A stretch of DNA of 64,000 bases from Caecitellus pseudoparvulus (Eukaryota; Protista; Bigyra: Bicosoecida): positions 124,001 through 188,000 of the forward strand of contig CBFFRQ010000052.1 in NCBI GenBank assembly GCA_965644315.1. The letters run 5' to 3'. Below the pieces are notes generated by a model. It was not told the DNA's origin and ran no database searches. It saw only the letters and a list, made by a program, of their open reading frames with translations. Every line of letters begins with the position of its first letter. Within the stretch, counting starts at the first letter, position 1. Made by a program: the position numbers and the translations under genes. Shown here piece by piece: positions 57,610-64,000 of the stretch.

Positions 57610-60600
57610 TCACATGCTGACGACGTGGTACGCCCACTGCAGCCAGGGCATGAGGGCAGCCATGTCCTCCTTCTCCACCGTGGCTCCTGCCCAGATGCGC
57701 AGACCTGCCGGCGCGTCGCGGTACGCGCCAATGTCAAAAGCGACGCCCTCCGCCTCCAGCAAGCTCGTCATGGCCTTGATCTTGTCGGCAGGCAGGTCCA
57801 GAGACAGGCACACTGACGTGTTGGAGCGCGTCGCGGGGTCCACTGGCAGGAAGTCGATCCAGTCGTGCGCCTGCACGAAGTCTGAGATGACGGCCAAGTT
57901 GGCGTCGGCACGGGCCATGAGGGCCTTGGCGCCACCCTGCGCCTCTGCCCACGCCAAGGCGTCCAGGTAGTCCTCCACGCACAGCATGGAGGGCGTGTTG
58001 ATGGTGGCGCCAGTGAAGATGCCGTTGATGAGCTTGCCGCCCTTGGTCATGCGGAAGACCTTGGGCAGGGGGCGAGGCGGCGTGTAGGTCTCCAGGCGCT
58101 CCACCGCGGCAGGGGACAGCATGAGCATGCCGTGGGCACCCTCACCCCCCAGCACTTTCTGCCAGGAGTACGTCAGCACGTCGCACTTCTCCAGCGGCAC
58201 GTCCTGCGCGAAGACGGCTGATGTGGCGTCCACGAACGTCAGCCCGCTGCGGTCAGAGGAGATGAAGTCCCCATTCGGCACCTTGACACCAGAGGTCGTC
58301 CCATTCCACGTGAACAGCACGTCGTGATCCGGGTTCACCTGGCTCAAATCGGGCAGGTGCCCGTACTCTGCCGAGTACTCGTGCACGCCCTCCAGCGCCA
58401 GGTGCGTCTTGGCGTCGGACGCCCACCCCTTGCCAAAGCTCTCCCAGTGCAGCGCATCCACTGGACGCGCGCCCAGCATGCTCCACATGGCCATCTCGTA
58501 GGCGCCCGTGTCCGAGCCTGGCACGATGCCCAGCTTGTACCCTTCGGGCATGCCAAGCATGGCCGCCGTCTGGTCAATGGCGTACCGCAGCTTGTCCTTG
58601 CCAACTGCCGAGCGGTGGGAGCGCCCCAGCGCTGCGCCAGACAGGGCTGACAAGGACCACCCTGGGCGCTTAGTGGTGGGCCCACTTCCGAACTGGGGGT
58701 TGCGAGGCTTCACAGCGGGGCGCGGGGCGCTGGCGGCGTGCAGGGCTGCCGCGGCTGGCACGGCGGAGGAGGGCGCCCGGGACGCCCGCAGTGGCAGAGA
58801 GGCAGTGGCCACACTGCTGACGTTGCTCACACCTTCGATCTTGGCCAGGACAGATGCGGGCACGGGGGCGTCCAGCGTCAGCACGCCCACCGCCTGGCCG
58901 CCTGGTGCCGCCCGGCCCAGGTTGAAGTCGGCGATGTTCACGCCTGCCTCGCCCAAGATGCGGGTGATGTCACGCAGCACGCCGGCCTTGTCTGTGTTGG
59001 TGAAGAAGAGCATGTCGCCTTCGGGGCGAATGTCCACGGCAAAGCCGTTGATGGCCAGCAGGCGGGGGCTGCCCCCCACCAGGGTGGCCTGCAGGGAGAA
59101 GACCCGGTGGCCCTTGGCGCCGCCGTCCAGCTCCACTTGCACGGACACGACATCCCCGCCATCTGGTGGGGGCGGGTCCATGGTCACTTCCACCGCCAGC
59201 CCCGCCTCCTCCGCCAGCATGCCTGCGTTGACGAAGTTGACGTTGCCGCTGGAACGCATCTCGGACATGAGGCCCTTCAGCACTGCCGTGCGCAGGACGG
59301 CTGCCACGGCGGGGTCTGCCACCGTCTTGCCTGCCAGGGTGATGCTGAGGGAGGAGATGCTGCCGCCGCCGGATGCCATCAGCTGCGCCTGCAGTGAGCC
59401 CAGGCGGTCCCCCAGGTCCAGCACGGGAGCCAGGTCTGCCCGGCTGACGTAGTCCATACGGGCAGCATTCACGACGCCTGCGAACTGCCCTCGGCTCAGG
59501 GCGTCCACGAATTGACGGGCGATGTCGGCAGCCACGTTCACCTGTGCCTCGGCTGTGCTGGCCCCGAGGTGGGGGGAGCAGATGACGGCTGGGTGGGCCA
59601 GCAGCGCCGCAGAGGCCTCGCCAGGGGGCTCCATCTCGTACACGTCCAGGGCGGCGCCAGCCACCTGCCCTGACTGCAGGGCCGCCAGCAGGTCACCCTC
59701 GTGCACGATGCCTCCCCGCGCACAGTTGATGATGCGCACGCCCCGCTTGCACTTGGCGAAGGCGGCGGCGTTGAGCAGGTTGGCAGTGTCCTTGGTCTTG
59801 GGGGAGTGCACGGTGATGTAGTCTGCCTGCGCCAGCACATCCTCCAGGCTGCACACAGACACGCCTGGCGGGCCAGCTGTTGCCAGCGGGTCGTACGCCA
59901 CGACAGTCATGCCGATGTGGGAGCAGATGGCAGCCACCTCCCGGCCGATGCGCCCCAGTCCGATGATGCCTAGCGTCTTGCCGTGCAGCTCGTTGCCGGT
60001 GTAGGCCTTGCGGTCCCACTTGCCGTCTTTGAGGGAGATGCACGCCTGCGGCACGTTACGAGCCAGAGCCATCAAGTGCGCCAGGGTCAGCTCAGCTGTG
60101 CTGACTGTGTTCCCACCCGGCGTATTCATGACGACGATGCCCCTGCAAAAGGTGAACATTGTATTTTCCGCACATTAATCCCCGCGAGCGCCGCGTGGGG
60201 GCGCCGCAGTGGCGCACTCCGAATGTCTGTCAGCGCGTGGCACAACCCCCTCGCGCTGGCCCTGCACTCACCGGCGCGTAGCAGCTGGGATGTCGATGTT
60301 GTCCACACCAACGCCCGCCCGACCAATGATTTTCAAGCTTCCCGCGGCGTCCATCAACTCGGGCGTCACGGTCGTGCCTCTGCAGCACCGCGGCAGGCCG
60401 TGTGGCGACGCTGGGGTGTGGGCAACGATTTCCGCATAGCCACTCACGAGCGCACAATGAGGCCCGCTGCGCCCGCCACAGCCGCCTGCAGCTCCCCCGG
60501 CTCCATCTTGGAGGCATCCACTTGGTCCACTGTGAAGCCATGCTTGGTCAAGGTGTCCACAGCCACGGCATCGATGGGGTCCGAGCACACAATGCGCAGT

Positions 60601-60674
60601 GCTGCCGTGGAAAGCATACGCTGCCTGACGGCCGCAACAGCTGACGCCGACCGGCGGGCCAGGGCGAGAGCCAT
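57610..60674 (-). CDS. Fusion protein: mitochondrial presequence + D-3-phosphoglycerate dehydrogenase (SerA with ASB/ACT domains) + phosphoserine aminotransferase (SerC); two 5' introns
   Basis: SerA motifs [37 protein letters not shown] and [20 protein letters not shown] continue without a stop into SerC motifs [33 protein letters not shown] and [12 protein letters not shown]. Confidence 0.93.
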
Positions 60675-60792
60675 GCTGGGCAGAAGGGCACAGCCGTGAA
60701 GACACGTGTGAGGTTCGTGGCTAGGACAGGAACAGGCAGAGTAGCTGGGGCCACAAGGGTGCGCTTGCGATGCGGGATTTGAGGCACCCCCT

Positions 60793-62028
60793 TCACTGCA
60801 TGAGCAACAGCCCCACCGCCGCGTCAACGTTGCCCTTGGCTTGCGTCAGGACGATCTCCGCCGTCGCATCTGACAGCCCCCCTGGACCACACACCGCTGC
60901 AGCTGCAGCCCGCAGCTGGCTCACACTGCGCTGCATGGAGTGCAGCTGGCCCCACAGGTTGCTGGGCGAAGCGCCGTGCAGCTGCACAAGCAAAGCGAGG
61001 AGCTCCTCGCGCCCCCCTCGCACGGCGCCGAGCTTGTGGGAGCGCGGCACGGCGCGCCCACCACTGCTCGCACGCCGAAGTGCGTGTCCACTCCCTCCCC
61101 GCCCCGTGCTGAGCGCAGGGGGAGGCAGGTCGGGCAGCTGTGTGATGGTGTCGGCGTCCGGCGCCGCCTGAGCCACCTGCACACTCCACCCGCCGCCCTG
61201 CCCCCCCTGGCGCGGCCGGAAGGACGCAGACACCCACCCGCCCTTAGCCAGCCCTGCGACGTTGTCGGCTGAGCAGCTGCGCAGCATGGCTGACCCCGCC
61301 GCCTGCAGGAGAGGGGACACCTTCGTGCCTTCGCTGCCCGCTGACAGGACGGAGCTGGTGTCACCACCTGCCCCCTCTCCCAGCACGGGTGGCGCGCGGG
61401 GCACGGGGCCCTCACAGGCGGGGTGCTCCCGGGCCATGGCCTGCATCAGGCCGATGGCTGGGTACGCCGCTGGGTTGGCGGTTTGTAGGCGGGCGAGGGT
61501 GCCCAGTAGCCCCTCGGCAGGGTTCTGCGCCAACATGTACCACAGGGCCGCGGCGGCAGAGCGGGAGATGCCCGCGGCACAGTGCACCAGCACCTTCTGC
61601 CCCTTCTTGCCCGCCTTGTGCATGACGACTGCTGCGGCACTGAGGGCTGCTGCGGCGCCGGGCACCCTGCCGCGTGCTGCGTCGGCGAGGGGGAGGGACA
61701 CCAACTTCACACCCGCGCGGTGCAGGGAAGTGAGGTCGGGTGCGTCCACCATCTCGCTGGCCATGGTGATGATGATGTCCACGGGGGGGCAGCCGGTCGC
61801 TGAGCCGCCCCCTCGAGCTAATTGGGACACGGCGGCTGCGCTGCCTTGGTACACATGGTCTGTCCCCGGCACCTGGCACCAGCCATGCTCCAACGTCGCA
61901 CCCGGTGCCCTGGGCTCCAAAGCGTGCACTGCCGTCTCTCCATACATGCCCACCAGATGCTTCAGCTGGTCTGTGGGCCCAGTACTGCCGCTGGAGCGGC
62001 TGCGTTGCATCGACAAGGCTTGGGCCAT
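60793..62028 (-). CDS. Dual-specificity protein phosphatase with C-terminal UBA-like motif
   Basis: P-loop VLVHCAAGISRSA and AYPAIGLMQAM. The C-terminal AEIVLTQAKGNVDAAVGLLL is UBA/CUE-like. Confidence 0.85.
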   Translation of the reverse strand: MAQALSMQRSRSSGSTGPTDQLKHLVGMYGETAVHALEPRAPGATLEHGWCQVPGTDHVYQGSAAAVSQLARGGGSATGCPPVDIIITMASEMVDAPDLTSLHRAGVKLVSLPLADAARGRVPGAAAALSAAAVVMHKAGKKGQKVLVHCAAGISRSAAAALWYMLAQNPAEGLLGTLARLQTANPAAYPAIGLMQAMAREHPACEGPVPRAPPVLGEGAGGDTSSVLSAGSEGTKVSPLLQAAGSAMLRSCSADNVAGLAKGGWVSASFRPRQGGQGGGWSVQVAQAAPDADTITQLPDLPPPALSTGRGGSGHALRRASSGGRAVPRSHKLGAVRGGREELLALLVQLHGASPSNLWGQLHSMQRSVSQLRAAAAAVCGPGGLSDATAEIVLTQAKGNVDAAVGLLLMQ

Positions 62029-62704
62029 GTCAAGCCGTTTCCAGCACAACTCAGTGCGTCGAACTGGTGCTTCCTGCCACCCTCCCGCTGAGAGGGTCTG
62101 GGTGCGGGCGCTGCCTCCAACCCACACTCCTCTCTATCACCGTCTGGCAGCAGCAAACGAGGACTGCCCCGCTCACTGCGGCAAGGCAGTGTGCCCTAGC
62201 TCCCCTGGCTCGCGCTTTCGATCTGAGCGCCGATCGCGGGGTGCCTCGGCTCGTCACCAGAGCACGCTGTGCAGCATGAGTGGAACCTTCCCAGAAAGTG
62301 GACATAGCTGTTATCGGGCGCCTGGGGGATTTATGGTTTGCCCAACTTTCACTTCTGGGCGGGGAGGCTGAGTTGCGGAAATTGCTGCCACTTCCAACCT
62401 TTACCATTCATACAACCCGGCCCACAATGAGGCCTTGGAGCGTCCTGCCGTGGTGCGGATGAAAGCAGCTCCATCAATGTTGAAAGGGCATCTTTTCATG
62501 CCAAGGTGCCGCGCCCATAGGGTTTGGGTTGCCCGGCAGTGGGAAAGGCAGTGCACAGCATTGGCCTGCCGCCAGGCGCTTGCAATGCTGTACGACACAC
62601 TACTTTCCACACAACTTCAAAGCGACCCTCCAGATCCCCTTTGACGTGGCTGCTTCTGCCTCGTTCCCCAGTGTTCCCCGAGGGTGCTCTTCCCGACACA
62701 CACC

Positions 62705-64000
62705 ATGCTGGCGTCTCGTGCCTCTGCCGCGGCTGCGGTGCGTGCCTCAGCCTTTCTGCGGGCGCCCCGCTGCGTGCTCGCGTCACGCCTCTCAGGGCAC
62801 ATATGTGATGCATGTTGTCGCTCCGCTTCGCCCCCTGCGCAGGCCCTGTCCCGTGGCGCTCGGTGAGTGCTGCGCCGCGCGCGGGCACAGCGTATTGCTG
62901 CAGTGCCGGCGGGAATACCATGCACTGCACCCGCACACGCCGCCCCCGCCCCCGTGCAGGTCCATGTCTGCCACCCCTCTGTCAGTGCTGGACCCAGCTG
63001 GCAGCCCCACCATCGAGGCGACGTACAAGTCCATGGCTGACAAGCTGGAGGTGCGTGTCGTCTGCGCCGGCGGCAATTGACGTGGCACGGCTCACCCTGC
63101 CCCACGCCTCTCGCGCTCTCTGCCTGTGCAGGTGGTGCGCAAGAACCTGAACCGCCCCCTGACCCTGAGCGAGAAGATCGTGTACGGCCATCTGGATGAC
63201 GCCGAGCAGGTGCCCGTGCGCGGCGAGACGTACTTGAAGCTGCGCCCAGACCGCGTGGCCATGCAGGATGCCACTGCGCAGATGGCTGTGCTGCAGTTCA
63301 TCAGCTCCGGCCTGCCCAAGGTGGCTGTGCCCTCCACCATCCACTGTGATCACTTGATCGCCGCCGAGAAGGGCTCCTCCGCCGACCTCGCCGCTGCCTC
63401 CGAGGCCAACAAGGAGGTGTACGACTTCCTGTCCACCGCCGGCGCCAAGTTCGGCATCGGCTTCTGGAAGCCCGGCTCCGGCATCATCCACCAGATCGTC
63501 CTGGAGAACTACGCCTTCCCCGGCGGCCTCATGATCGGCACGGACTCCCACACGCCCAACGCGGGCGGCCTGGGCATGTGCGCCGTGGGTGTCGGCGGTG
63601 CCGATGCCGTGGACGTCATGGCCGGCCTGCCCTGGGAGCTCAAGGCCCCCAAGGTCATCGGCGTGAACCTCACCGGCAAGCTGTCTGGCTGGACCTCCGC
63701 CAAGGACGTCATCCTCAAGGTTGCCGACGTGCTGACCGTGAAGGGTGGCACCGGCGCCATCGTCGAGTACTTCGGCGAGGGCGTGGAGTCCATCTCCTGC
63801 ACTGGCATGGGCACCATCTGCAACATGGGTGCTGAGATCGGCGCCACCTGCTCCACCTTCCCCTACACTGCCAGCATGGCTGACTACCTGAAGGCCACCA
63901 AGCGCGCCGACATCGCCAACGCCGCTGACACGTACAAGGACATGCTGGCACCTGATGCCGGCGCCGAGTACGACCAGATCATCGAGATCAACCTGTCTGA
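62705..64000 (+). CDS. ACO2: Mitochondrial aconitase, 5' part (runs off the window)
   Basis: Presequence [15 protein letters not shown], then [45 protein letters not shown] and [11 protein letters not shown]. Confidence 0.95.

Noticed and set aside
335-60795. TGA-C stop context as a systematic readthrough or selenocysteine signal
   Set aside because: Fewer than half of the TGA stops are followed by C, close to expectation at this GC content. The proteins appear complete at these stops, and no SECIS could be supported.
893-63131. Introns as a family of introner-type mobile elements
   Set aside because: Apart from splice signals, the introns share no visible sequence similarity or terminal repeats, except those copied in the tandem duplication.
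9310-64000. Functional clustering of mitochondrial genes (uS17, carrier, helicase, SerA-SerC, aconitase)
   Set aside because: They are interspersed with unrelated genes on both strands, and nothing beyond chance can be shown from one window.

Overview
This is a GC-rich, very compact eukaryotic nuclear region with about 30 protein-coding genes. It has many short (about 60-120 nt) GT..AG introns, usually with a GTGCG/GTGAG donor and a GCAG/ACAG acceptor. The gene content and intron style suggest a heterotrophic protist, plausibly a stramenopile flagellate (inference only). Recognisable genes encode acyl-CoA thioesterase (partial), dCMP deaminase, mitochondrial uS17, a probable CDC26, a mitochondrial carrier, a RING protein, ESCRT-III Snf7, TMEM234, an ABC-class ATPase with an RGG N-terminus, an ABHD hydrolase, an AspH-like hydroxylase, a LOG-family protein, a U-box protein, PWP1, a DEAD-box helicase, a carnitine acyltransferase, a divergent TBP, PRA1, a NEK kinase, a dual-specificity phosphatase and aconitase (partial). 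The most unusual items are: (1) a single-chain 2xDOMON-cytochrome b561-cytochrome b5-FNR transmembrane electron conduit; (2) a ~3060-aa protein made of ten tandem NCS/calcineurin-B-like EF-hand modules; (3) a single-domain voltage-gated channel with a TGDDW filter fused to a C2 domain; (4) a mitochondrion-targeted SerA-SerC fusion; (5) a ~950-bp tandem duplication whose junction creates an intact in-frame chimeric gene; (6) convergent gene pairs whose stop codons are only 6-35 bp apart; and (7) a recurrent ATTTCCGC/GCGGAAAT motif near gene 5' ends. I saw no rRNA, tRNA, CRISPR array or transposon. Exon boundaries and start codons were read by eye, and CDS coordinates span introns.
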